In this document: positions 12,279-24,757 of the stretch, piece by piece
Layout: every line of letters starts with the position of its first letter
Position numbering within the stretch: the stretch's first letter is position 1
Assembly: GCA_013265495.1 (NCBI GenBank)
Contig: MU058540.1
Location: 1,823,696 to 1,887,695 of the forward strand
DNA length: 64,000 nucleotides
DNA from: Vicugna vicugna
Lineage: Eukaryota
Reading direction: 5' to 3'
The notes under the pieces: model-generated
Database searches by the model: none
What the model saw: the letters and a program-made list of their open reading frames with translations, nothing else
What the model was told of the DNA's origin: nothing
Program-made: the position numbers and the translations under genes

Positions 12279-13899
12279 AGTTCCAAGTTTCCACCTGGGT
12301 GCCTCCGTTCAGTTTGGGACCCTGGTGGCAAGGCTAAGAGCCTTGTATCCCAGGCACAGACCTCACTTGGCTTCAGTGCTGGACTGGTAGGACTGCCCTA
12401 CCAGGGGCACAGGTGGAAGGAAGCCCTGGTGTAAGATCAGCCCTGAGGAGCTGCCAGTGGCTTCCTGCCCACAGCTGAGCAGATGGGCTCCAGGGTGCCA
12501 AACAGGACCTGTGTGACCACTGCTTACAGGCTTCCATTGGATCTCAGGCCTCAAGATGGTTGGGCTGGAGGAACTCTGTTTTTTTCTACTTTTCCTTATG
12601 TTATGTTGTCAGAGCCTCTCCAAACACAGGCAGCCCTCCATACATACAGCACAGAGTCCACTGCTCCTCTAGGTGGGCAAAGCCCCATGGAGTAGGGGTT
12701 GGGGTGGCTTTGCCAAGATACTGAGGGTCTCTGATACCTCTGCTGCCCTGGCACTGAAGTCCTGGCTCTGGCACCGAGCTCTGGGGGTACCTATCTAGGT
12801 GTCTGGGGCCACGCTATGGAATTCCAAAGCTACAATCAAGACCCCACTGAAAAGTACAGGGAAAGGGACTTGATGGAAAGAACTCTTTGGGTTTGACCCC
12901 ATGGGAACATTGCAGTTATTAGAGGTGCCTCTTTTCCTCTCTGTAATGTGATACATGTGGCCCCAGGCCTCTTACTGCTACCCTGGGGTTGGAACCCTCT
13001 CCCCTAACCCAGGCATCCTCTCCTAGGATGCCTAGCAAGCTCCCTTTCCCTCTTGCTACCAGTTCCTTGGAAGCATGGGGCTGGGACATGCCCCCAGGGA
13101 GGGGTGTCTCAATTGCCTAAGCAGGCTCCTTCAACATCCATGACCACTGTTCCTGGCAGAGATATGCCCCAGTCCTCACAGGTATTGAATCTGAAGAAAT
13201 GGAAGCACTGATGCGGAGGAACCTGAATCCCCAGCCTCCTACTCCTCCTACTCCCAGCGCCCCTGAAACTGGGCCCCACCACTAGGCTAACCCCCATGAG
13301 CCTCAGAAACAGTCTCCAGGTCTTTAGGCCAGAGTGGGCAATGCTCTGGGTCCCTTTTCAAGCTAAAGCCCAGAGGATGGGGAGGCAGCCGATCCTCTAC
13401 CTGCCAAGTCCTCCTGACCCAGAGAAGCACCATGGCCCAGTTCCTCTTCCAACTTTGTGTTATCTTTCTTCCACTCGGAAGGAGCCCCACCACCACTGTA
13501 ATGTCAGATGGCCTTAAAAGAAATGCTTTCTCCAGTGCCTGCTCTGTGCTTTACAGCCATTCTCAGACCTTCTTGCAACTCTATGACATGGACATTTCTC
13601 CTGCTTTACCAATGAGAAATTGCTCAAAGGAGGTTAAGTAACTTAACCAAAGCCTCCCGCCTGGTACATGTGGGATTGGTACAGGATTTGCTCCCTTTTA
13701 TCAGACACCCAAGTCTGGATGGGCTGCTTTTTCCTCAGCAAGCTGCCTCTGGGAGCCCAGCAGGCTCCAGAAGGCTCTGGGGCTGAGGAAGCTTCTAAAG
13801 AGCCTCACCCCCAGGAAACCAGGCTGAACAAAACTGGGGCTCTAGCTTTCCAGGGCTTGGTCCCCAGTTCCCGTACAGGGAATGGGGCCACTGAACGCT

Positions 13900-14079
13900 G
13901 CGAGAGCAAAAGGCTGGTTCCATCAACAGGCCGGTTCCTGCCTGCACGGGGAGCCCGAATGAGCAGGCAGGTGGAGCTCTCGCTCCGCCATGGCCCTTCT
14001 GCGGTCTCTGCAGCCGTTTGCATTTCCTGAAACCGGATCTTGGTGTCAGAGCCGCCCAGGCTGGGCGGGCGCCTCAGCC
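13900..14079 (+). promoter_or_regulatory. DEF6: DEF6 proximal promoter / 5'UTR
   Basis: Local CpG enrichment, ETS-like cores (TTCCTG, CCGGAT), GC boxes (CCGCCC, GGGCGG) ahead of gccATGG; exact TSS not determinable. Confidence 0.6.
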
Positions 14080-14175
14080 ATGGCCCTGCGCAAGGAGCTG
14101 CTTAAGTCCATCTGGTACGCTTTCACCGCACTGGACGTGGAGAAGAGCGGCAAGGTCTCCAAGTCCCAGCTCAAG
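14080..14175 (+). CDS. DEF6: DEF6 (SLAT/IBP) exon 1; [32 protein letters not shown] (EF-hand-like)
   Basis: Kozak gccATGG; AAG|gtgagg; 96 nt; SWAP70/DEF6-family N-terminus. Confidence 0.97.
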
Positions 14176-17010
14176 GTGAGGGGCACGCGGGGTGTAAGGG
14201 AGGCCAGCAGACACACCTCATGAGCTCCTGCTGCCTGGGAGCTAGGCATGAACACTGCTTCTCCCAGGGCACCCAGCTGTCTAGAGGCCCAGGAGGGGTG
14301 GGGGGCCAGTACTGGGTAACGGGCAACGTTACCTGGTGGATGCTGCTGCTCACTGTCCAGAGGCCTCAGTGAGTATGTGCAGAGCCATCAGCCAGAGCCC
14401 TTGCCCACAACTGTTGGGAAAGTGGAGGTGGCATTACAGGGTTCTGAGGGCCACGGGCCAAGCTAATCCCAGACTCCATGTGATGAGCACACGTCTCCCC
14501 AAATCAAGCTTGGGCATGCACCCTACTCCTTCCTGCTGCTTCCTCCTGGCTTTGAAGAAAGACTACAGTTAGCTAGTACTTGTCAGTCACTTCCTCTCGG
14601 AGCTGAGAGAGAGTGTTCAAGAACCTCTAGCAGTCCCAAACCAGGCCGGCCGGGTCACCCTTAGCAGGAGGGCAGCTCCTCTGAGCCCTGCCTCCCAGGT
14701 GGGACAGAGCTGGCAAGGGGCAAGGACTGAAGACCCCATAATACTGCTGCCCAGCTCACCATCCTCCTCACCCCTACACCAGGTTGGGAAACTTACATTA
14801 GGCCTTCAGACCTCAAGTAAGGAAGGGGTAGAATCTGAGCCCAGGAAGAGCCCCATCAGTAATTGCCCTAAAGTTCATTAGTTTGTCCTAGATAATCCCT
14901 AGAAGGCGGAAAAGTTTCTCTCCTTCTTTTCTCCCATGCTGGGTTAGTGCTGCCTTCACCCTAGTTTGTGGCAAGAAGCAAGGCTCTAGGCCACTGGAGC
15001 CAGGGAACTGTAGGAGACAGGAATAGGGTAGGCCTCAGTCGTCTGCCACCTTCCTTAAGGGTTCATTCATTCACTCTACAAATATTTATTGAGCACAACC
15101 AGGTGCCTGCCCTAAGGCTAGGCCATAGGTTGCTGATGTCTCCCCAGACCAAGCTAGGAGGAAATTTAGGAGAGATGAATGAGACAGGATAGGCATTGTG
15201 CCCCACCCCCATTCCAACCCCTTGCTTTGCTGAACTTGGACACAAAGAATGTCCCAAACTGGTCCTATCCCATAATCTATCCCTTAGCCAGACCTGTGAG
15301 CATCCAATAAATGATTCCTGACTCCTCCAAGGAGGAGAGTCCACTACCACATTCCATCATCTGGGAGAGTCTCCCAACAGACAGATTCTTCCTTACATTC
15401 TACTTAAACCATTTTATTACAGGTTATGTAATAAAATGAGGTCTTCAGTATAGGTAAAAGAAAAGTGGATTATCCAAAATCCATCCTTGCTGAAACTCCC
15501 TCTCTGCCCTTTTAATATCTTTCAGGAACAGCCCCAATCTCTGTAATTTTTTGTCTCTAAGACTCTGTTTTCTACATCTCCTTTACCTGAGGCCCCTACG
15601 ACCTCTCCAGGCTCTGTATGCCCTTATACATGGAGGGTACAGCACTCAGGGTGGTTCCCCTTTTCCTGGTCCCATCAGTCAGTAAAGCTTAGTTTGAGCC
15701 TCTGTCTTGCCCTCTAACTGGGGTGTTGCCTGTTCACCAACCGCACAGGTTGCATCCTTGGACCATCTGCTGTCTTTGTACCACATCACAGCTCAAATTG
15801 AGCCAACTGCCAGCAGCCTTAGATTTCTCCTTCACTTGACAGAAAACTCGTCTACCTGGTCTAGGAATCTGAGCTAGCAGTGGGAGTCTAGCAGTAGGCC
15901 AGGCGGCAGGTGGGGCAGAAATGGGAGGGCTCATGTCATAGGAGAGAAGGATTTCTCCCCCAAGTCTGTAGTGGTGGATACTGGAATGGGAGGAAGTAGT
16001 GATAGTGCTGGGGGTGGGGATACCGGAAAGGCAAAAGAGCAATAGAGAAGTGGTCAGAAGTCAGAAGAAGAAGCTGATGAGAGATAGACCAGCAGGGCAC
16101 ACTCCCCTGAGCTGAAAGACTTGGTGAGAAAGAGAAAGATCCTGGGGTTAGCCTGTACTCACTAAAACTGTCCCTGTCCTTGTGGCCTTCAGCTGGGAAG
16201 AGGCAGGAGACCTGCACCAGCCCAAAGCAAACTATGTCTGTTTGTGACAGTTACCACTTCTCCCCTGATGTGTTGGTAAGAAGGCTGCCACTGGCTGTCT
16301 TGGGCAAAACCATGATGAGGCTGGAAGGAGGAGAAAGAAGAGCAAGTCCTCTGAGAAGTACCCCAAGAAGTCAGGATTGTTTTCTCTGAAGAAGAGAAGG
16401 TTCAGGGGAGACATCAGATGAATTTTCCTCTCTGATCTTGTAGAAAGTACTATAGCTTTTGTCCCTTTGATTTTAGAAAAATAGGTCACTTCTGTCCAGG
16501 ATGGATTTAGGTTAAACATAAAACTTCTCAGGAGTTGAGTGAAGACTGTGAGTTTTTGCAGAGTCACGAGAAACCTCTCTCTAAAGAACTTTAGGAGTGA
16601 GTCCCTGATCCTGACAGAGGGCTTCAGGGAGGGGAACTTTTAAAATAATGAATTTCCTCAGGGAGCAGCTTTGACTTTAGGCCTCACTGGCAATCAACTG
16701 AGATTTTTGACTTCCTCACTCCCTGACTGCCAGGCCTGGAGTGAGGAGCCTGAGATTGACATGTGGTTGGAGCAATGTGTCTCGGTTCCATGAGGATCTT
16801 AGGCCTACCACTTCCCCTTGGCTGGCAGGAGCAGGAGGAAGGCAGGGAAAGTGAACTGGGGCCTTCCCTACTTGGCTCTTTAAGGTCTCGCAGGCTCCTG
16901 AGCCTCTAACTTGCATTCAGGGCAGTCCTGGGGCCCAGGGAGGGTCTCTTGCCCACTGAGAGTCTCTGAGCTTCGGTTCTGCCTCCTCTGGAGAGGGACA
17001 ACCTTCTCCT

Positions 17011-17073
17011 TGGTTGAACCATATCAAACTGCTATTCTAGTAGGTCAAACAATCAGATGTTAGCAACCTAATA
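17011..17073. mobile_element. MADE2-like mariner MITE, one arm partly deleted
   Basis: GGTTGAACCATAT...CAACCTAATA termini. Confidence 0.7.
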
Positions 17074-17119
17074 TGTTTATTTGTACATAGAAAAAAAAAT
17101 CTAAAAGACTCAGCAAACT

Positions 17120-17225
17120 GTTTTTGTTTTGTTTTGTTTTGTTTTGTTTTAAGCAGAGGTACTGGGGATTGAACCCAGGATCTTGTGCATGCATCATGCT
17201 CTCTATCATTGAGCTATACCCACCC
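17120..17225 (-). mobile_element. tRNA-Ala-derived camelid-type SINE (Vic-1-like) with (GTTTT)n tail
   Basis: Reverse complement reads GGGTATAGCTCAATGATAGAG...GGTTCAATCCCCAGTACCTC plus (AAAAC)n. Confidence 0.85.
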
Positions 17226-18894
17226 TGCCTTTAGCTGTTAACAGCTATCACCCTAGTCCAGGTATCTGATGGCTGGGATCATAAGCTTTGCCCTGATCCC
17301 TACTTGCTGCTGATCTCCTCAGGCTCAAATGGGGAGGAGGGGAGGATGATTCAGTGATGTGCAGAGCACATAATTCAGAGCCATACCTATATTGCTGCCT
17401 AGCAAGGTGGCCTTAGGCAAGTCACTGCCCTTCTCTGAACCTCTGGTTTCTCATCTGTAAAGCTTAAGAGTTGACCTGGGCTATCCAGCTAGCCTAGGAA
17501 AATAAATTTTAACAAAATACATCAAGTGGGTGAAATTGATACTTGATGCATCCTCTCCTCTCCCTTTTGTGAGCCTCTGTCTTTTCTTTGATGCCCACAC
17601 CCAACCCCTCCAGCCCCTTCTTGCTCTCTGCAGGCATATAGCTAATCCAGAGATTCCCACCTTTTAAAATTCCTGGCGCTCCTCCCTCATGATAGTAGTT
17701 TTGCTTTAGTACCTGCTGGTTGAGAAAAATACGTTCAGTAACTCCTTAAAAGGATCTATATACTTTGAAAGAATCACTTAGCACCTAAGCACGTTTAAAG
17801 ACTATAGACCATCTAGGAGAGAGAGATTAGTCAGTCATTCTCTGCAGTTATTGCTTGGTGTTTTCATGGATTCCCAAACCCTCTGTATCTGCATCTATTC
17901 CCAAAGTCTGAGAACTACAAAACCATGGGTCTTGGCACCCATCCCATCCCTGCGCTTGAGTTTTTAGGGAACTCCCAAGCCCCCAGGGGAGAACCACTCC
18001 CCCACATGCCTCCAGAGGAAATGGCGAATAAATGACGCCTCTCAAAGGTCAAAGACTGCCAACCCAGAGGTCAGAGGCTGCTTGGGTGGGTGGGGGAGAC
18101 TAGGAGTCCTCTTTGGGGGAGCCCAAATAGCAGCCTGTGAAAACTACAGACATCTGGACCCCACCCCTGGAAACTCTGAGTCAGTAGGCCCCAGGGTATT
18201 TCAGTTTCAACCAGCTCCCCAGGTGATTCTGATGTTTAATCTGAGCCAGTGTAGCATAGAGATCAAGAGTAGGGCTTTAGAGTCAGACCTTGAACAGGAA
18301 AACAGTTCACCTCTCTAAGCCTTGATTTCCTCATCTGTAAAAGGAGGATAATGAGAGTCCCTGCCTCCAGGGCTGAGGATTGACTGAAATCAGCAGGTTT
18401 GCTCCTGCTCATGCTGGCCCCAGCCCGTTTCCTTTCCAGCGTGACCCTCCTCTGGACACACCCTCTCCTCGCCCCCAGCCCCCACTCACACCCAGGCACA
18501 GGAAGCTTGGCAATCTCAGGTCGGATGAGCTCTCTGGGGAGAGACCCTGAGCTCTGCCTGGAGGCTTTAATTCCTCTTTGTCCTGACACTTGATGGCTTA
18601 CAGGGGTCAGAGCCTCTACCCAGGCTCCTCAGATTACACTGGCAAAAGGTACATGTGAGGAAGGTCTGAAGGACAAGGTGGGCCTGTGAACCAAGACAAG
18701 GGACTGCGCAGATAACTGTGTGCTGCTGGGTATCAGGTTCTATCCTGCAGTGGAAGGGGATTTATAAATTATCTCCTTGAACTTCATTTTTAAAGGTTTG
18801 AAAACTGAGGTCCAGCGAGGCTGATTTGCTTAGAGAGAACCAGTTCCTGTCCATCTGACTTGCAGTTTTCCTACTTCTCCCCTTGAAACACTTA

Positions 18895-19520
18895 AGTTCA
18901 TTCAACAGATATTTTTTGTTTTGTTTTGTTTTTTCTCTTGTTTTTAATTGAGGTACTGGGGATTGAACCCAGGACCTCATGCATGCTAAGCATGTGCTCT
19001 ACCACTGAGCTATGCCCATCCTCCCAACAGATATTTATTTAATATGCCAGACCCAGTAATATAGCAGTGAATAAAACAGACAAAAATCCCTACCCTTGTG
19101 AGGCTGACATTCTAGTCAGAGAACACAGATGATAAAATAAGTAAAAAATGCACGATGTGATGGAAGATGATACATGACATGGAGGAAAATAAAGCAGAAG
19201 TGGGGATAGGAAGTGTGGGGAGGGGTAGAGGGGATGGGATTACAGATTTAAATACAGTGGTCAGAGAAGCCCTCCCTGAGAAGGTGACATCTAAATAAAG
19301 GAGGAGAAAGCATAAGCCATGCCACGACCTGGGAGAAGAATGTTCTAGGTTGAAGGAATAGCCAGTGCAAAGGTCCTGAGGCAAGAGGAATATCAAGAGG
19401 ACCAGAGTGTCTGGAGAGAAGTGAGCAAAAGGGATGCAATCAGAGAAGTTATAGAGTAAAATCTCTGGAAGGACTTGAGAGTTTACCGCAAGAGCACTGG
19501 GAAACCACTGGAGTTTTAAG
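18895..19520 (-). mobile_element. L2 3' fragment interrupted by a SINE
   Basis: 'ttcattcaacagatattt...gcagtgaataaaacagacaaaaatccctaccctt...acattctagt'. Confidence 0.7.
18915..19024 (-). mobile_element. tRNA-Ala-derived SINE with 12-bp TSD
   Basis: TSD CAACAGATATTT at 18903-18914 and 19025-19036; A and B boxes on the - strand. Confidence 0.9.
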
Positions 19521-19980
19521 TTAGACTTGAGGAATCAGTCACAAACACTCAGCATGTGAGGGATGTTGTACTGAGCTCTGGAGTCCGGGTTGAGACTAGA
19601 GTCCTTGCTGCCCTCAAGGAATGTAGAACACCCAGAAATGCTCACACAAGCAGGGAAGAAGAAGAATGTTATTACAGAGCAACTTAATAACAGGGTACAT
19701 TAATAACAGTGGTTAATGGCACCCTTTGCTTTTTATCTCTATAGTTTAAAATTTTTTTGTAAAAACAATATATGCTCCTGGTGCAGAAGAATATAATTTC
19801 AAAGAAGTTGTAATTTATTATAGAAGTAAAACATGTTTTACTGGTTAAAAAAATTCAAAAACAAAAATAGTGTTAAAGAAGGTGAAAGTTCCTCCCCTCA
19901 CTGGGGAGGGTTTGTGGGGTGTCAGCTGTTAACAATTTACTGAGTCTTCTAGATTTTTTTTCTGTGTACAAATGAACATA

Positions 19981-20059
19981 TTAGTTTGAACTATGTGAAA
20001 TTGCTGACATTTGGTGGTTTTGACCTACTAGAAAAGCAGTTTGATATGGTTCAACCTAA
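19981..20059. mobile_element. MADE2-like mariner MITE, full length (~80 bp)
   Basis: Imperfect TIRs TTAGTTTGAACTATGTGAAATTGC ... GCAGTTTGATATGGTTCAACCTAA. Confidence 0.8.
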
Positions 20060-20803
20060 TCTTTGCACACATATTATTTTACAAATATTTCATTCTACAG
20101 CATGCTTTTTTCACCTGTCAGTATAGTACACCAATGTTTCCATCTCTGTTCATACAAATATAACAATAACAGTAGCTCAGAACTTTTATTAAGAAATTTA
20201 TACCATGGTGCTATGTACCAGGTGCTGTGCTAAACTCTTCATTCTAAAAAACGCTGTGGAGCAGACCCCTTATTTTCCTCACAGAGGAGGTGACTAAGGT
20301 CTTGGGGAAGTTAAATCACTTGAGCACACATGTAGCAGAAATAAAATCTTTCAACCACTCACAGTGTACCTGTCCCCTATCAAAGGAGCCTCAGGCTAGC
20401 TCCAATTCCTCATATTCTAACAATGCTTCAATGAACATTCTTGTACAGGTAGCTCTGTTCCCTTGAACATCTACAGGTTGGATGATTAGAAATGCTGGGG
20501 TCATGCCCAATTTTAAGTTTGATAGATTCTTGCCCTCCAGAAAGACTACCAGTTCACACCTCAACAGTAGGGTATTTGAGCCCCTATTTCTCGACAGCCT
20601 CCTCAGTACCCTATAGTATCAGACTTTTTGTCAATTTGTCAGGTGAAAAATTGCACTTTCAATACAAGAAGAGACCTAGCATTTTTTCTGTGCAGACCTA
20701 ACTCTGGCACTCTCTCTTTATATGTATCATCTCACTCCATCCTTACGGCCCATCTGCATGGTGGGCATTATCCCCTGTTTTACTGACAATGAAACTAATT
20801 CTT

Positions 20804-20949
20804 GGGAAGGAGAGTATAGCTCAGTGGTAGAGTGCTTGCCTAGCCACGAGGTCCTGGGTTCGATCTGCAGTACTGCCATTAAAATAAACAAATAAATAAA
20901 CCTAGTTACTGCCTCCCACCAAAAAAAAAAATTTTTTTTAATTAAAAAA
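20804..20949 (+). mobile_element. tRNA-Ala-derived SINE (long-tail form) inserted in a MIR
   Basis: TATAGCTCAGTGGTAGAG, GGTTCGATC, (AAAT)n, AAACCTAGTTAC and A-tail; MIR core split around it (gaaact / gaggctcagag). Confidence 0.85.
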
Positions 20950-21281
20950 TAGTAACTGAGGCTCAGAGGGTGAAGGAATTTATTCAAGGCCTCATAACTA
21001 GAAGTTGAAGGTCCCTGGCCTTCTATGTTCCCCCTTCACTGGAGTGTAGCCATGTGACTGGGCTGTGAAGGAAGCTTTCTCAAAGAGGTCTTGAGGAGGC
21101 TTGAAGGAAGATGAAGACATGGGTAATTTGAAAAGAGGCCAGGAGACAGCAAGTGGAAATATGTGAAACTCTTAGAATAACATCTCTTTAGAAGTGGGAA
21201 TTTCTCTTGTGTTGATCGCCCTGGATTTTATGTGGTAGACATTGAGCACCTCTTAGAGAGGGGTATCCTATGACCACAGAT

Positions 21282-21700
21282 GTATTAGTCATGTCTTTTC
21301 TGGATATAAGTGGTAGAAACCAAACTCAAAATAACTTAAGGGAGATGTTATTTATTGACTCGCATAACCAAACTCCATGCATAGTATTGACTTCAGGCAT
21401 GACTAGATCCAGGTCCTCCAATTATGATTCTCTTTGTACCTTGACTCTGCTTTTCACTCATGGCTTTATTCTTAAGCAGGCACTTCCCATATATGGACAA
21501 AATATCACCTGAATCTACCATCTAACAGTTTAACACTCCCATGGAAACAGTATACCTCTTCTCCTCCAGAGGTAGCAAAAAATCTCAGGGCTGATTCTTA
21601 TTGGCCCAGATTTGGTCATGTGCATCCTTGAACCAAACACCAGGACTCCAATGTGCCCACCTCTGCAGCCAGGTTGGGTAGGGGTGCAAATGGCCAATAC
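21282..21700. mobile_element. ERVL-MaLR (MLT1-like) solo LTR
   Basis: 'tgtattagtc...agaaaccaaactcaaaataacttaag...ttggtcatgtgcatccttgaaccaa'. Confidence 0.6.
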
Positions 21701-23184
21701 CAGAGATACTGAAAATGGGGGAGAGGTACTTCTCAAAGGAAAATCAGGGCTCCATTACCAAAATAAGGGAGGATGCAGAGTTCATCAGGAAGAAACTTTA
21801 CATGTCCTTTAGAATAAGAAAAGGCAAAACCAAAGATGGCACATGGGATAATTCGAAGGTAATGGGAGAAGGCTTGGGGTGGGGGTTAGGGATAGCTGAC
21901 CAGAGGGAAGTGAGGGAAGAGAGAAACACTGACCCCCTTGCTGAGCCCCCAACTTCCCACTTTGCTGAGTTGAACCTGAGGCCCCGGAGAACATTGGGGA
22001 GAAGTCTCAAACCTTTGTCCCCCTCCTCTCACAAAAGAGAATAAGGAAATGGAGACTTGGTATACATGCCATCTCTGAGATGTCAGCTTCTGCCTCAGAA
22101 GAACTGATTCCAAGGTTAACTGCCAGTGGTGGAAGCAGCCTTAAATACTGCATTTATTAATGGACTTTGGTATGCTGAAGAGGACATAGGTGCTGTGAGA
22201 CATAAAGGTGAACAGAGATCTTGTCTACAGAGCTCACTATCTAGTTGGGGAATGAAGCTAAGGGTCAATAATAATAATAGGGAGGCAGCCTTCAGAGCCA
22301 GGAATACCTGGTTCCAACCTCAGCTTTGCCACTTACTCTTACTTAACCTCTCCAAGCCTCAGTGTCTTCATGTGAAGAACAGGGATAATAATGTCTGTAG
22401 ATCATGATTGTGGAGATTAGATATGGGTTATGGAAAGCACATGATGACAATTTTTAATCATTCACCCCGTCTGTAGTGAGTGCTGTAACAATTACCCCAA
22501 GGCAATTTTATTTTGTTCCTGATTTCCTTGTTCAACTTTCAACTCTTTGTTCTAATATCATAGGTTTGTTAACCAACTCCTGTTTCCCCTCCATACCATC
22601 ATGGCTGCCATCCCTTTTAGGCCTTGTCCTCCACATCCCACAGACCATTTTTCATGACCTTTCTTTGAGTCCTTTCCAGCCCCCTTCCATCTTTGAAGGG
22701 CAGTGGCTGAAACTGCACTCACCCTTCCTGGAACAGAAACACTGGACTCTAGGCACATGCCTGACACTGAGTCTTTGATGGTAGATGCTGGGCTTCTGCC
22801 CTGGGGTAACGGACCATCTTCCTGCAGACAGCCCAGCATCATAGGAAGCACCTGAGCTTTGGGATCTGCAGAGCTGAATTTGAATCCCAGGCTCTTGCTC
22901 ACTATGGGTCCTTGGGCAAGTTACTGAGTCCCTTGAGCCTCAACGTCCTTGTCTGCAGAAACAAGACACACCTGCCTAATGAAGCGGTGAAGAGCATGGC
23001 TTCCTGGGTTTAAATCCCAGCTCTGCCAGCTCTGTGCCCTTGAGTGAGTTACTTAATGTCTCAGAGCCTAGGGGATTTTTTCATCTGTGCAATGAGGTTA
23101 TTAACAGTTGTTACAGGGTTAAGTGAATTATATGTAAATTGCTTAGCTCAGTGCTTAATGCATAGTAAGTGTGTAAGTTTTCAG

Positions 23185-23680
23185 TTTTTGGTTTTTATTG
23201 AGGTATAATTGACATTAATTTCAGGTGTACAATGTAATAATTCTATATTTGTATATATTATGGAATGATCACTACAATAAGTCTAGTTAACATCCATCAC
23301 CTTACATAGTTACAAAATTTTTTTCCTGTGATGAGAACTTTTAAGGTCTATTCCTTTAGCTACTTTCAAATATGCAACACAGTACGTTATACCCCCATGA
23401 CTTATTTTATAACTGGAAGTTTATACCTTTTGATCACCTTCCCCCATTTTGTCCCCTTCCATACCTCTTACAACCACCACTCTGTTCTCTGTATCTGTGA
23501 GCCCCCTTTTCTTCCCTTTTGTTTTTAATTCCACATATGAGTGAGATCATATGGTTTTTGTCTTTCTCTGTTAGACCTATTTCACTTAGCATAATGCCCT
23601 CAAGTTCCATCCATGTTGTCACAAATGGCAGGATTTCATTCATTTTGTATGACTGAGTAATATTCCTTTGTATATAAATG
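23185..23680 (-). mobile_element. L1 3' end (L1MA9-like)
   Basis: L1 3'UTR motifs; ORF 23434..23643 (ILPFVTTWMELEGIMLSEI) is typical translated L1 3'-end sequence. Confidence 0.85.
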
Positions 23681-23822
23681 CATACATTTTAGTTATGATT
23701 GAATTGAATAATCTGTGCAGAAGACTTAGCCAGGTTAGGGGTGGAGACAAGCAGGGAGGCAGGAGCTGTCTTTCGGCCCAGTTGGTTGGGCTGCAGGAAG
23801 GCAAATTGCCACTCTGTCTCAG

Positions 23823-23963
23823 GTGCTGTCCCACAACCTGTACACAGTCCTGAACATCCCTCACGACCCTGTGGCCCTGGAGGAACACTTCCGAGACGAT
23901 GACGATGGTCCTGTGTCCAGCCAGGGATACATGCCCTACCTCAACAAGTACATCCTGGACAAG
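23823..23963 (+). CDS. DEF6: DEF6 exon 2; [23 protein letters not shown]...KYILDK
   Basis: tctcag|GTG...AAG|gtggag, 141 nt, phase 0-0. Confidence 0.95.
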
Positions 23964-24571
23964 GTGGAGCCCCTCTGACCTCTCCCTACTTCCCAACCTG
24001 GCCAGCACCCCAACACATTGCCATCCCAACTCCTCCCGCTATGGCCCCCCACTACTGTCTCCTCTGTCCATCCCTCTCTCTTGTCTCCATCATTTACATC
24101 CCAGCCACGTGTCCTCTCCTTGCTCCCCTTAACACACCCTCAGTCTCCCTCATCTCTGTCTTAGCCTTTGCCTTTCCCAGGACCTTCCACCCTATCCCCG
24201 CCTAGGCCTGTCTCCAGCTTCCCCCCAATGCAGTACCCCCTGCTCGTCCCAGTTGTCGCTGTCTTCTCAGGTTCTTCTTGATGGTCCACTCCCCACTGGG
24301 CTTCCCCATCTTTCTCCCCTGGGCTGAGGGACTAGAGTTTCTCTGTTAGCAGGGGTCTTGGGTGGGTGTGGATGTGTTGGGGTGGAGGTGGGGTAGGGTG
24401 GTTGGAACCAACTGTTACCTGTAGGCAACTCATGGATTCCTCAAGTAGAGCCTCACTTGATAGGGTGAGGAGCAGGGGAATAAATGACCCTAAGAAACTA
24501 GCTGGAGCCTAGTTTGGTGGTAGGGCGGGGACAGGGCAGCCTTCTCAGCTGACTTGCAGGCCTGGTGGCAG

Positions 24572-24757
24572 GCGGAGGAGGGGGCTTTCGTTAAGGAGCA
24601 CTTTGATGAGCTGTGCTGGACCCTGACGGCCAAGAAGAACTATCGGGTGGATAGCAATGGGAACAGCATGCTCTCCAATCAGGATGCCTTCCGCCTCTGG
24701 TGTCTCTTCAACTTCCTGTCTGAGGACAAGTACCCTCTGATCATGGTTCCTGATGAG
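24572..24757 (+). CDS. DEF6: DEF6 exon 3; [16 protein letters not shown]...[13 protein letters not shown]
   Basis: ggcag|GCG...GAG|gtgagt, 186 nt; carries Y133 of the ITAM-like motif. Confidence 0.93.
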
